From NCBI GenBank assembly GCA_030295235.1, contig AP026138.1, positions 620,001-684,000 on the forward strand: DNA of 64,000 nt. The letters run 5' to 3'. Each line of letters begins with the position of its first letter. Position 1 is the stretch's first letter. This DNA is from Fistulifera solaris (Eukaryota). The notes below the pieces were generated by a model, which worked only from the letters and a program-made list of their open reading frames with translations, searched no databases and was not told the DNA's origin. Made by a program: the position numbers and the translations under genes. This document shows, one piece after another, positions 12,295 through 25,108 of this stretch.

Positions 12295-12859
12295 TTAATA
12301 TCCAACAGTCACAGCGACGCAGACGATCACCATGTCCGCATTTTGATCCCCCAGCTCTTCGACAACACTACCGCTGTTGGCTATCATCCCTCCGTCTTGG
12401 ATCTGAATTCGTACTTCACCATAAGGGAATGCTGCTTTAATCGTAGGAAGATCCAACTGTGCCTGGTATTTTGGCGGCACGGCTAACAAAACATCTAGTT
12501 TCAAGTTTTCTTTTCCACCGGGTATAATGCTTTTCAAACTAGGGAGTTGATTGAATTCAATGGCGTTTCGGCACGCTCTGACTAGTGATTTTATAAACAA
12601 ATCAAATATTGAGTCAATATTTCCTTTGATGCTTCTCAGTTTGCTTTGAACTTACCCGCTGCCTTGGTCGAATCCTGGCCGTGAGCATCCGACCCAAAGC
12701 CTGCGCCACAAAGATATAATAAGTTGACAAATGAACATAATAGACCGATTCAATATATTTTTGCTCAGAGTGTGCACTCACCGCACTCGACAAAAGAATG
12801 TTTTGCACATGAGACTCTTCTGACAGAGTCTGCGCCGTAGAAGCCTTACTGCTCTCCAT
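12295..12859 (-). CDS. Lin0512-family protein, copy 2; 2 introns at the same positions as copy 1; N-terminus may extend to ATG 12980
   Basis: HVQNILFVECG (needs a 1-nt fix)|FGSDAHGQDSTKAA|VRACRNAIEFNQLP...MVIVCVAVTVGY. Confidence 0.8.
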
Positions 12860-13342
12860 AGTAGAGAAGGAAGCCGCAGATATACTACTAGTTATTTTGT
12901 TTCGTCTTTTCTGCAACAAGAAAGAACTTGTTAATAGTTTCAATGGTATAAATCGTTTGCGCCGCAAAGATCAATCGCATCCAAGCATCCATCATCAAAC
13001 GAAATCCTGCACCTCAAGTTGCACTATAGCTTGAAATGTACAACGTTTTTCTCATGACTGGATTTCAATCATGGAGACTTGATACTTTATCCTAACTACA
13101 ACAACTACAAGTGTCTATGCTTTCCTCTAGTACCAGGTATCTGATCTGTCTTCTTACTTTTTGGTTATTCACCTAACGGATCCCAATTTAGTACAAGTGG
13201 ACGTTTTGACCGTCGTTCGCATTGAAATTTCCAAGTTTTCCTAGAAGTCGAAAGCATTTATTTTTACGTTACCTCGACTCCGAGAAGAACTGAAATAAAT
13301 TTGACAAGAGCTATCATTTGCCTGCTCTATGTCAGTTGCTGG

Positions 13343-14157
13343 TTACCATGAATCTTCCGAAGAATCATCGTCGTCATTCATGTAAATGGGCTGGAGGGTC
13401 GCTGTAAATCGCGCTCGGTTTCGGGTATCTAGCAGATTGGTTGCAGTCAAACGCAACATGCTGGTTCCTGAATTCGCCTCAAACCACCGATTGGTCGTTC
13501 GCGGTCGACTCCAGCGCTCACCGTTTGAATGACAGAACTGATTGCAGGAATGGTGGTAAAAGAAGCTTTCGATACCTTTTTCACCCAGTTCGGTAATACC
13601 ATAGCTCCGTTTGCGGGAGCAGATGGCCACATCCGTCAGTTCAAATCGGGACTTCTTTCCCGTGAATCGATCGAAACGATAGCGACCTTGCAGATCACAG
13701 ACAATCATTTGTCCTCCAGAGCGATGATAGGTGAAATGAGAAAAGGCTTCCATGGCTAGTACACCCCACCCTACGTCATCTTCGTCGGCAATCCATCCAT
13801 TGTTCGAGGTATACTTTCGAAAATAACGAATCAAAGGCTCGACTAAATACTTCTTTCCGCCCATATTATGAAGACTTCCGTGTGTAATGAGAATTTCTTT
13901 GCCATTGTCACACCATCGGTTCCAATCCTCCGCGAACTGGATGGCCTTGGCCGCCACTTGAAAATCCGTCGCATAAAATTCGGTTTCGAGTGCCGAATAA
14001 TGATCCTTAAAGATTTTGCACACACATTCTTGTTGATTCCGGTTGCCTCCGATATAGGTCCCGCGTACGCGAGTCGAAATTGACCTTCTCCAATAATTTG
14101 GCGATGTACGTTCGCGCGGTCGCTGGTGAGATTAGTACGGGCGGCCGACGAGTACAT
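13343..14157 (-). CDS. Alpha-kinase (eEF2K/MHCK-type) domain protein (frameshifts near 14030-14060)
   Basis: GEGQFRLAY, VEP, KYTSNNGW, AFSHFTYHRSGGQMIVCDLQG, LTD, GEKGIESFF..H.CNQFC. Confidence 0.9.
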
Positions 14158-14721
14158 GATAGCTTTCTTTGTGCACTGAGAATCCCAAACGCGTCTTTGA
14201 TGGAGATGCGAACGATAGCGAAAACTTCTGCACCTCTGCAAAAAATGGCATCTTCAAGCAAAGAAGAAAATAAAGGCGCAAAAGATCGCGGCCCGAGAAC
14301 CGATGCGTCTCTTGACTAAAATCCAGTCATGGGAAAAACGGACAACACTTTGGACCCATAGTAAAACGTAACAGGAACGATCCGAATCGATTTTTGACGT
14401 CAATAGTTGGATAGATCATTCTTCGTATACCAGATCTCAATCTTCATCCAATTGATGCAACGACCACGTGTCTACGAGGTAACATTTACAATCGCAAATA
14501 TCATCCGAGGCGTTTCGTCTCGTGAATGCAATCCGGTCTTGACAAATTCGACGTCCTTACGTCATCGGGCGAACATTTTGTTCGTGATTTTTGCATCATC
14601 TCGTCGCAAAATCCACCATGGTGTGATGTGAAAAGTTGTTGACGCGTTCAGCAAACAACTCATTTTTGAATCCTTACTTGGATAAGCTTACTTCTTTTTT
14701 ATTACATCATAGGATTCATTC

Positions 14722-15462
14722 ATGATACCTTCAATTTCTTCTAGACTTTTTTCAAGAAATGTGTGGAAAACTGCGACGTTCCGCACCTTTGCCTCGTCGG
14801 ACGGATGGCACGGAACGACGATTCTTTGCGTCAAAAAGGATGGAAAGATCTGTATGATGGGCGATGGTATGGTGAGCCAAGGTAACATGATTGTCAAACC
14901 GAATGCTGTCAAGATTCGCAGAATTCCCGATAAAGCCGACGCCGCGAGCAAAGTCACTCCGACGCTGGTCGGGTTCGCCGGCGCGACGGCGGATGCTTTC
15001 ACTCTCTTGGAGCGCTTGCAAGGAAAGTTGGACGAATACCCGGGTCAGCTACAACGAGCGGCTGTAGAAGTGGCCAAGGGTTGGAGAACGGACAAGTATC
15101 TTCGAAGATTAGAAGCGTCGTTGCTGGTGGCGGATGAAAAGGGTGTTTACGAAATGACGGGGAATGGCGATGTCTTGGGCAGTCATGATGGAGTTGCCGG
15201 GGTTGGTAGTGGGAGCCCTTTGCTATTGGTAAGTTCTGAAAATGTGTCTTTAAACATAGTCGAGATAAACGCGATTCTCATTTGCTGATGCAATTTACAA
15301 CCTATAGCCGCGGCGCGTGCTTTGATGGATTCACAGCTCTCCGCAGAAGAAGTGGCACGTAAAGCGATGAATGTAGCTGCCGACATGTGCGTGTATACAA
15401 ATCATCAATTTCTTGTCGAGGTAATAGACGCCAAGGAACCTACGGAAGACGGAGAATCATAA
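14722..15462 (+). CDS. hslV: Mitochondrial HslV (ClpQ) threonine protease; intron 15229-15307
   Basis: R/S-rich presequence, then [52 protein letters not shown]. Confidence 0.93.
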
Positions 15463-16610
15463 GAATGGGCGTCCCTCTTATTAAAAGGATGATTATTCCC
15501 TCTAGAACCACTTCTATCAAACCTGCATATCCTGATGTTTTCGTAAAGCTATGATTCATAGGACTCCGATTAGGTGAAATATAACAATTCCAGCCAAGTG
15601 GAATTCCACTGGGGACGACTCGCAATCAATCCTCGCCCGCACCACGTATCAGTCGTTCTAAAATCATTCGCAAGTCATCGTACACGTTAACTATCTAAAT
15701 CGTCATGCTTCGTAAATATTTTCAATGTGATCAAATATTCTGAGCTCTGATGCTGCAACGTTTGACGGACTTTTTAGGTACTGGTAGCGTGATTAATTTT
15801 GTGACTCAAAGTTGCAGCTGATGCTCGTGACGTCGACTTTGTTGCGGGAATACGAAAAAAATTTCATACATTATTCCAGAGTAAAATGCTCGCCTCGACC
15901 GAATGTCGTTGAACTTGAAGCGATCCACGGCTTTTTTCCTTCATGATAACTACGAATGTACATGAAGTCTTCTTTTGGTCTTGTTTCTTGTTTACATACG
16001 CTACTTATTCATTCGTTAATGTTCTATGCGATTGCATGACTGCATAACGAATAACGATGAGGCTCCGAACTACGAGCGTCTTCATCTCATGTCTCGTCTC
16101 CAACTTCTACGCTACCTTTTATGTAATCATGAATCCCAGTTTACTATGGAAGAAGCCCAACGAAATCATCGACATCAGCATCCTAAACTAAGATGTCGCG
16201 ATACAGCTTCGTACTGCCAATCGGCCACGTCCGTTAAGCCCTTTGATAACGTAAAGTGTCAAGTGCCTTCCTGCACAGCATCCAGCGTTCACTCGAGCTA
16301 TAACGTAACAGAAAAGACAATCGTCTGACGTTACAGAAATGTACAAGTGTGACAGAAGCAAGATATCCGACTCTCCATTCGCCTTGTCGGTACAAAATCC
16401 ACAGGATTCTACGCACAGGTGGCGTGGCAATCCATGTTTAGATTCCCTTCCGTAGAAACACTACCGCGACACTTGGCTCGCGAATTCCGAGCGACACATT
16501 CGCCTTTCTCAAAAATTTGCTACCGATCTCATTTCTTTGCCGAGAAAGCTCATCGCATATCTTTTTTTCATCCGATGTTTTTTGAAGAGTTTGACAAGCC
16601 TCACGACACC

Positions 16611-17773
16611 ATGCCGAGACCTTTACCCCGCAACAAGAAGAACGAAATCGAAGAAATAGCCGGTTTGCAGACGGTCCCGATTGCCGACCTCACCTGTCAT
16701 GATATCCTGTTGGGTAGAGGAAATGCAGTCGCGCACAGTGAGGGTAACGTCGGCTATCGAGCCATTATCTGGCAGTTTCGGGAGGTCTATGTGGCTGCAT
16801 CGCGTGACAAGAAACAAGAGATTGCACAGCAAGTGATCGACCAAGTCTATGCGCTGGATCCTCCCGGACGATTCCTCGAGTACATATCGGAAGACATGTG
16901 TCGAGAAGTTCCCCATGCTCGTATCCTCGAGAAATGCTGCCAATCGTTGCGAGAAAAGAAGTACAAGAAGAAAGTTCCCGAGACGTATCTTCCTTCGCTC
17001 CGTAAGCAGTCCTCGACGAGTAGTACCTTGTCGAAGACGCCGCGACGTGCCTCCCGCAAGAAAAGATTCTCTCCGCGAAAGGCCAAGACCGTCGCATCAT
17101 CGATCCAGCAGACCGCAAAGCACGAGCCTCCTACAAAGCGAGATGACGAGTTCAATTTGACACAAAGCAAGATCGGAAAACAACCCAAGACGCGAAACTC
17201 AGGAGCCGATGCGCGGGAGGCCGACGTGCAGCAAGTGGAAGATTCCAACAGCCCCTACTGTGACGAAAAGCAAGATGCGACCGAAACCGAGATGGATATC
17301 GAAGAGGAGACTCCTATTTGCGACAATAGAAGCTTCATTAACGCCAAGAAACTTCTTTTGGGCAAAAGGTTCGACCATCTACAACGGAAGCGACGAAGGC
17401 GAAGCCTCCCCCTTTGGAGCAGCCTGCTGCTATCGAGAGCACCGAGCAAGTCGTTGAAAGCGTGGAAGAGTCCGAAAATGAAGTCTTCGACGGCATGTTC
17501 AACATGTTGCCTCTGTCTCTTGTGGAGTTTTACGCCACATCCGCGAGCGACGACCGCATCCATCGCGAAAAGACGCGCGAAGAAAGCATCGAGTCACCCA
17601 CCACCGTCATGGACGATTTTGGTTTCCTTCCACCGGTTCCTTTGCAGATGGCACATTCGCTGTACCTCGAAGGTGAAAGCAAGTGGGTCAACCCCGCGGA
17701 TAATGTCACTGCCAACGTCGTGGCCGCGTGGACGGAATTCGCCACCAGCGGCGCTTTTGCCCGATACGGCTGA
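16611..17773 (+). CDS. Diatom-expanded DUF6824-type protein (frameshift near 17360)
   Basis: HDILLGRG..GN..YR..K..IA..V..GRFL..KCCQSLRE motif followed by a low-complexity region. Confidence 0.7.
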
Positions 17774-18846
17774 GCATTGTCGGCAATTTTTGGTTTCATA
17801 GATACGTAAAATTTATTAGTAGTGTTGACTGTTTACATGCATGATATTCTTTAGCTTTGTGAACAACATATCACTTTATAATTACATCTTCAATATCTTC
17901 ATAGCAGCGCCGTTTGCAGTTTTGGTGAAAAAAGCGTGACGATGGGTCTAGTTTGTACTATGGACTTTTGTGTTGGTTCAGGCGGTTCCTATGTCCATCC
18001 GTCACTCGAAATTCGAATGCTCCAGTCTCGCTCTCGCAGCCTCTCATCCATCTCCTTTCAAAACATTCTTTTATTCTTCTTTGCTTTTTTTGGAAAAGAA
18101 TCATGCTTTATTTATTCCTAATTTCCTAGAGTCTTTGCTTATCTTTCCTCAATAATATCCTTTCTATAGATACTCTGTCACGCATCGGCAGAGAAGACGA
18201 CAACATGAAAGACACCTCTTGCCGTGCGTGTCGTTTTCATCCGTTTTCACAATAGCCCAAAGTGTTGTCCGTTTTTGCCACGACTGTGATTCAGTCATGA
18301 TTGCATCTGTTGTCTTATTCATGTGTGGGGCTCCCATTAAAGTCCCTCCTTGCTTTTAGTCTCTATGCAGGCATTTTGACTATCATTGAAATGAGGTTTA
18401 TCGCTGTAGGACTTGAATTTTATTGAGATCGAGTCGATAAGGTCCGGTTGCTACCTGCATCGATAAAATTCCTACGAGGCCTACGTGGATTTACGTAGAT
18501 ATTCGAAGCGTAGTATCTTCGCTCTTTATCTACGTATTCATTTCAAAGCGTTTGTAATCATCGGGGATTAGTGTGAACGGTCAAGGCTAGTTCAGGGTAT
18601 TATGAAAATACAGTCAACTCGAAGTCTTCTATTGTTGATGCCTTGATCCTAAACTGTTCCGTTCCGCCCCTCAAGGACACATGTCACTTTTTACTATAGA
18701 GAAAAGTGTTGGTTTACGGAGAACACGACTGACCTTACTCTAGTCTTGCCTCCACCCGTCTCTCCGCTTCAAACAAAGCAACAATAAAAAGTACGGAGTA
18801 GGTCCTTCCGTTTTCATTGCCTTGACACTTTTTCATTTGCATCAAC

Positions 18847-20924
18847 ATGTCCAAGAATATAGTGAAAAACAGAGCTCCCGCCCCATTCAAATATCGGCGG
18901 AGCAATTACTGCGCGAGGCCGCGGATCGACAACCCGAGTCGGCTCCGATTGAACCGGTCGTCAAAGTTCACGACGCGGAAGAGTATCAGGCCCATTTGCG
19001 AGAACGTCGTCAGCATTACGAAGACAATATTCGATACAGAAGAGATGATATTGCCAATTGGATCAAGTATGCGAAATTTGAAGAAGAAAATCAAGAATTA
19101 GAACGCGCGCGGAGTGTTTTTGAGCGGGCGTTGGAAGTCGTCTCGAGTCGGTCGCCCGATTTGTGGTTGCGGTATGTCGAACTAGAGTTACGCAATGAAT
19201 GTATCAATCATGCTCGTAACATTCTGGATCGGGCCGTGCAGCTGCTACCGCGCGTCGATCGTCTCTGGTACAAGTATGCCTACGTCGAAGAAATGGTGCA
19301 AGACATTTCGAAATGCCGCGCCGTATTTGAACGATGGATGCAATGGTTGCCGGACGATAATGCGTGGCTCTCTTTTGCTCGCTTTGAAACGCGGTGCGGG
19401 AACGTCGAACAAGCCGAAAAGGTGCTTCGTCAATACGTCAATGCGTATCCGAGTGCTCGTGCGTTTTTACGCTTTGCCAAATGGGCCGAATTTGAAATCA
19501 ACAACATTGCGCTGGCTCGAACGATATACGAGTCGGCCTTGACCGAATTAGAGCCTGAAGAAGTGCAACAGGCGCGGTTGTTTCGGCAATTCGCATCGTT
19601 CGAAGAGCGGCAAGGAGAATACGAACGCGCGCGTGTCATTTACAATCACGCCCTCAAGCTATTGAATTTGGAGCAATCCGCCATGACAGATGAAGACATT
19701 TCGGAACAAGAACAGCAAAAACGAGAGGAGCTTTATAAAGCATATTTGGCGTTCGAAAAGAAACACGGCAATCGTGAGGGGATAGAAAGAGTTCTGGTGA
19801 CGCAACGTCGGGTCAAATACCAGAAGCAGGTGGGAGAAAATCCGTACGACTATGACTGCTGGTTTGACTGGATCAAGCTAGAAGAGTCACAATTAGACAA
19901 CACAGCAGCAACACGCGATGTTTATGAGAAAGCTGTGGCACAAGTGCCGCCGTCATCGGATAACAAGGATCATTGGCGGAGGTACATTTACTTGTGGATC
20001 TTTTATGCCGTGTACGAAGAACTCGCAAATCATGATTTAGATCGAGCAGCCGAAGTCTATCAAACCTGCTTGTCGCTCATCCCTCACAAAAACTTTAGTT
20101 TCGCGAAAATTTGGATTTACGCCGCACAGCTCCAGATTCGGCGTAAAGATGTCACTGCCGCTCGTAAGCTATTTGGCAAAGCCATTGGTTTGTGCGGTAA
20201 AGAAAAGATCTTCACCGAGTACATCGCCCTAGAACTCGCTCTTGGTGAAATCGACCGATGCCGATCCATTTACAACAGCTACTTGAAAGCTATGCCTCAC
20301 AATTGTAAAGCTTGGTCTAATTTTGCTGAATTGGAAAAATCGGTGGGCGAGACGGAGCGATGTAGGGCACTGTTTGAATTGGCTATCGCGCAGCCGGCAC
20401 TGGATATGCCAGAGGTCTTATGGAAAGCATATATCGATTTTGAAATCGAGGAAGGCGAGGGAAAACGAGCTCGGGCACTGTATCAAAGACTTTTGGAGAA
20501 GACGAACCATGTCAAGGTTTGGATATCATGGGCGCAATTCGAAGCGACTCCCGCTGGATTGGGTATGGATGAATCGCGTAAAATTATGGAAAAAGCCGAC
20601 GATCAATTACGGAAAGAGCAGCTATCGGAAGAGCGCGTCTTGTTGCTCGATGCGTGGCGCGTATTGGAGCAAGAACACGGCGATGTTGACAGTGTTAGTA
20701 AGGTGGAAGCGAAGATGCCTCGCAGAATCAAACGCAAGAGAATGCGACAAGATGAACAAGGCAATGACTTGGGATGGGAAGAGTATTTCGACTACCAATT
20801 TCCCGACGATGAAGGTGCAGGTGCTAACAATTTCAAGATTCTCGAAATGGCGGCTAAATGGAAAGCAGCCAAGGCGAATGCAGCGGACGATGATGATTCC
20901 GATCTTGACAGTGATGATGAATGA
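18847..20924 (+). CDS. CRNKL1: Crooked neck / CRNKL1 (Clf1/Syf3) splicing factor (1-nt frameshift near 18880)
   Basis: VKNRAPAP(I)QISAEQLLREA, HAT repeats, WRRYIYLWI, DMPEVLWKAYIDFE, WEEYFDYQFPDD, KILEMAAKWK. Confidence 0.96.
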
Positions 20925-21190
20925 ATAATGCAATGAGCACGAGCAAATAGTACCATTTACTTATGCCGTGACTGAATAGCACTGAGCTGATGCTGATAAT
21001 AACGGAAAAATCGCTTCCATGGCTATTTTTGGCGAGGGTCATTAATAACAAAACACCAACTCTTCGCATTGAACGACCGGTAAAGATAAGACATTTAAAA
21101 GATAAACGATTGCTGCCTAAGTTCTATGGTCTGTTATTAAAAATCGGTATCCTATTAACAGGTATTTCTTTTCAATAAGTATACATCACT

Positions 21191-21707
21191 CTAAGGCTTT
21201 AACTCTAAATCCATTTCATTGCAATTCAAAGTATAACTCAAAACGGCTTCCAATTGTGCGCGTTTACTATCTTGCGTCGAGAAAATCTGCGAGACTTCTC
21301 TCAAAACTTCCGGATCATGAATACCGCAATATCTCTGGACTGATTGTTGCTCTAAAACGTATCGTGTGTAACGCTGATTGCGCAGTTTTCGCATCAAAGC
21401 GTTCCCTTTCAATAATTGTTGTTCTAATCCTAATGTACAATGCTGTTCCGCATCCAACAAGCGCATATCCCCATTCACGCTCCTCCATTTTGTCAAAACA
21501 GACTGCAATTCTGTCACAAAATTCTGATAGTCTTTGGGCCAATACCATGCCTCCATGATTTCTTTACGCGTCGGTTCTGTGTGGGGTTGAATGGTGGTAG
21601 TACTGGGCGCGAAGCGGACGCGCTTAATTCTTCCGTGACACGATTTGCTCTGCCGCCTATGTTTCGCATCTACAGGCACTGTATGTACGCGCGATTTGTA
21701 AGACCAT
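21191..21707 (-). CDS. Diatom-type hypothetical protein (start uncertain)
   Basis: RVRF..WY..C.LGLE..VL.QQ..Q..G..DPE.L pattern that I recall from an expanded diatom family; not verified by search. Confidence 0.55.
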
Positions 21708-22466
21708 TGTCGACGCGTGGATAGATCTAGTTTTCGAAGAGAAAAGCAAGGATGCGTGATTCGTGGGATTGATTGTATCTTGTCGGGAAATGGCGGGGGT
21801 TCAGAAAATGTCGTCGTATTTTTGTTGCAGCGGTCGCATACGAAGAGGCTGCGTATCGCTCGCCGACGAGATAGATCGATTGCTTTCGAGAAAGGAGTTC
21901 ATGGTGAATGGCTTTTTGACTGTTTATGTGAAAATTAGAGTGTTCGTGCAATCGTGAGATGGTCAACTCCAACCCGTTGGGTAAAAATGAGAGCCGCGAA
22001 AACGGTCGAGTGAGTTTTTGGGGAGAAACTCGCCAAACCTGTCTATGCACTGTGACTCGTTTAACGGAAATCTTACTTAAGACAAGGATAAACAGTGGAA
22101 TCCTTGTCAGTTATGATTTATATTGGGAATATTCTGCTGAACGTTGCACGCAGGACGGGGCGTAGTTTGAGGTCCTGGGTGCACGACAGCTGGCTTAAAT
22201 CTTATGGAGGTCTTTCTATGATGTAACATTGTTCTCCTACTTCCTTTTCTATATTTACCCATCGTATGTGTGACAATCTGTTCCATGTAAGAAAAGGCAT
22301 CTTGACTTCTTTACGCGCATCCGCCACATAAAAAGAGACAGTGTGACTAACATAATTGAAAGGGCTTTTGTGTTTCTTTATGCTCTGGATTTGAATTTCG
22401 GAACAGTTCCCTACAAAGTACACTGGACAACGCCCGACGAAAAACTAGGGACATCTTACTCTTGCG

Positions 22467-24622
22467 CTATAGTTTAGCTTGACCGCTACGCACATGCAAT
22501 TCTCGCTTGTAATACTCTTCCACGGTGATCTGAAGTCTGACACATCGTTCCAATAGTTTACTCGGCACGAAATGCTCCGTGCGAGGATGCTTGCGATGCA
22601 GGGATTGTAGCGTGGACAACAAGACCGGAAGGGTAACCTCGTGGTCGGCCCAATACATTGGTCCTCCGCGCCATGCCGGAAAACCGTAGCCGAACAGATA
22701 AACAATGTCAATATCACTAGGAGATCGCGCGATGCCTTCCTCTAAGCATTTGAAGCCTTCATTCACAAGAGGATACAATACTTGTTCGATCATTTCGTCC
22801 TCTGTCGTTGCGGTGGCCCCTCTGGCACGATACTTCTGAACTAACGTCTCCATTTCCGGTGAATGCAGCCCTTTACGACCTTTTCCAATAGCTAAATCAT
22901 AATTGTACCATCCTTTAAACGTTTTCTGGCCCAATCGTCCGTGTTCTGCCACCATGTCGTCGGCCAGCTCCGTGTAGCGATCGGGGCGATTGGGCGTCGT
23001 GTTCCCGGTTCGTACCCAGCCCCGTTCTTTGCGAATATTGTAACCGACATCATTCCCGGCTAAATCGGACATTTGGAAAGGCCCCAATGCCATGCCGAAC
23101 TTTAGAAAGGCTTTGTCGACATCAGCGATACAGTTCTTGGATTCCGTGATCAACAGGACGGTCTCTGCCGAGTACGGCTTCAACATGCGATTTCCACAAA
23201 AGCCATCACAGTTCCCAACGACCACTCCAATCTTGCCGATGCGTTTCGTTAAAGCTTGTAGTAAAGCCACCGTTTCTTTGGATGTTTGCTTTCCTACGAC
23301 AATTTCGACGAGCTTCATCACATGAGCGGGCGAAAAGAAGTGCCAGCCCGCAAAACGTTGGGGAAAATCCACGACGGCTGCCATTTGATCGATATCCAAT
23401 GTACTCGTATTGCTCAACAAAATAGCCGTTTTCGGTACCACTCTGGAAAGCTGCTGAAATATCTTTTGTTTGATGGTCATATTTTCAATCGCCGCTTCCA
23501 CCACCAATTGACAGTCTCTCAAGTCGTCGTACGATTGCGTGGTATGCAATTTGGCGAGCAGACTTTGTTCTTGTGATGCCGTTATCTTACCTCGTGCGGT
23601 TTGTGTCTTGAGAATTTGTTGAATCAATTGCGCGCCTTTCTCCAGAGCTTTCTCGTGGACATCGACGAGATAGACTTGGTACTGGCCCGTCTGCAACAGA
23701 ACTAGCGCAATCCCACTCCCCATGGTTCCAGCGCCAATGACCGCGACGGGTACTTTATCCTTTAGCAAAACGTGTGGGGTGGTGATTGCCAGGGCTTTTG
23801 CGCCGAACGCAACGCGAAGAAAACATGACGTAACGCTTGTCCTTGTTCCGAAAGCAAAGTTTGAATGAACTGTTCGGCTTCCACTTTCATGCCACTGGAC
23901 AAATTAGGAGTCGTATAGACAGCACGCATAGCCTCGACAGCCGCATGCAGACCTTCACTTCCTTGTGGTGGGAATCCTAAGGTTGCCGCATGCAAAATCA
24001 CGTGCGCTTCCGCTGGAGATTCTTTCGGCGGAAGCTGTCCCACTCTAGGAATCGGTGCAGTCTCACCTCGTTGCGCCCATTCCTTCGCTGTTTCTAACAC
24101 TTGATCTGAAACGACATCCACCAGGTTTAGCTGTAGCGCCTTTGTAGCATTCACCGCTTTTCCGGTCAGAATCATCTGACACGCGGCTTGTAACCCCACC
24201 AACCGCGGCAGACGCTGTGTCCCGCCCGCACCCGGAATCACTCCCACTTGGACTTCCGGCAAACCCAGTTTACTTTTGGAGTGTGCCACACGGTAATGAC
24301 ACGACAAGGCAACTTCGAGTCCACCGCCCAAGCAGTGTCCCGTGATGGCAGCGACGACCGGTTTCTCGCTCGCTTCAATCGCCGTGACGACGTCAATGAG
24401 TGAAGGTATTTTACTTTGCTTTGCTTCGGCAAACGAAGAGAATTCAGACAAATCTGCACCAGCGGAAAAGTTGATATCACCACCGGTCAATACAATCGAA
24501 GTAACGTTGGGGTTCGTTTGCGCCGCGGCGAGTTGTTCGAGCAAAAAGCAACGAATTGTGGCTCCCAAAGGATTCAACTTGGCCGATGAGACCGTCGAGA
24601 AATCGATGACTTGTACCACCAT
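22467..24622 (-). CDS. Peroxisomal bifunctional enoyl-CoA hydratase / 3-hydroxyacyl-CoA dehydrogenase (frameshift near 23765)
   Basis: FSAGADL, GGGLEVAL, PEVQVGVIPGAGGTQRLPRL, GAGTMGSGIA, SNTSTLD, HFFSPAHVMKLVE; PTS1 AKL*. Confidence 0.95.
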
Positions 24623-24767
24623 ACTGCAAGTAACTAAATGTTCGGTCGACTTGAATGAAGGAATGTACAATATATTTTGTGCTTTACTTTCTTGCTTTGA
24701 TGTTGATTGCTTCGCGGATCTTTTTTTATTGTAAAAAAAAGTTCGCCTGCGATGGGATATGTCAAGA

Positions 24768-24987
24768 GTTTCTGGACACGCGTGAAGACACTAACTCTCC
24801 AGATTTTCTGGATACGTGAAGACTAATAATTTTCTTGACACATGAAAACAACACCCCCAGATTTCATGGAGACGTGAAAACAATACACTCCCAGATTTCA
24901 TGGAGACGTGAAAACAGCAGTCGCCCAGATTTCATGGACACGTGAAAACAACACACGCCCAGATTTGGAGGTGTGAAGACACAACAC
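24768..24987. repeat. ~34-bp tandem minisatellite (CCAGATTTCATGGA-C/G-ACGTGAAAACA...)
   Basis: ccagattt at 24857, 24891, 24925 and 24959, with degenerate units upstream. Confidence 0.9.
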
Positions 24988-25108
24988 AAGGCTCCGGGAC
25001 CATAAATAATGATATCGATCATTTGACATGCTATTCACATTGAGACAATCATAACAAGTTGACACTTATATTTTTAGAAACAATCTTGTTGCGCTAACTT
25101 AAACTCGC

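Noticed and set aside
15597..15610. 14-bp perfect palindrome AGTGGAATTCCACT
   Set aside because: Single isolated occurrence; a few such palindromes are expected by chance in 64 kb.
16188..16430. ShK-like CxxSCGFC peptide on the minus strand
   Set aside because: Only one partial motif, no ATG start or signal peptide, and no remaining cysteine pattern.
22150..22200. tRNA-like start GGGGCGTAG
   Set aside because: No T-loop GTTCRA motif or cloverleaf; I found no tRNA or rRNA gene in the window.
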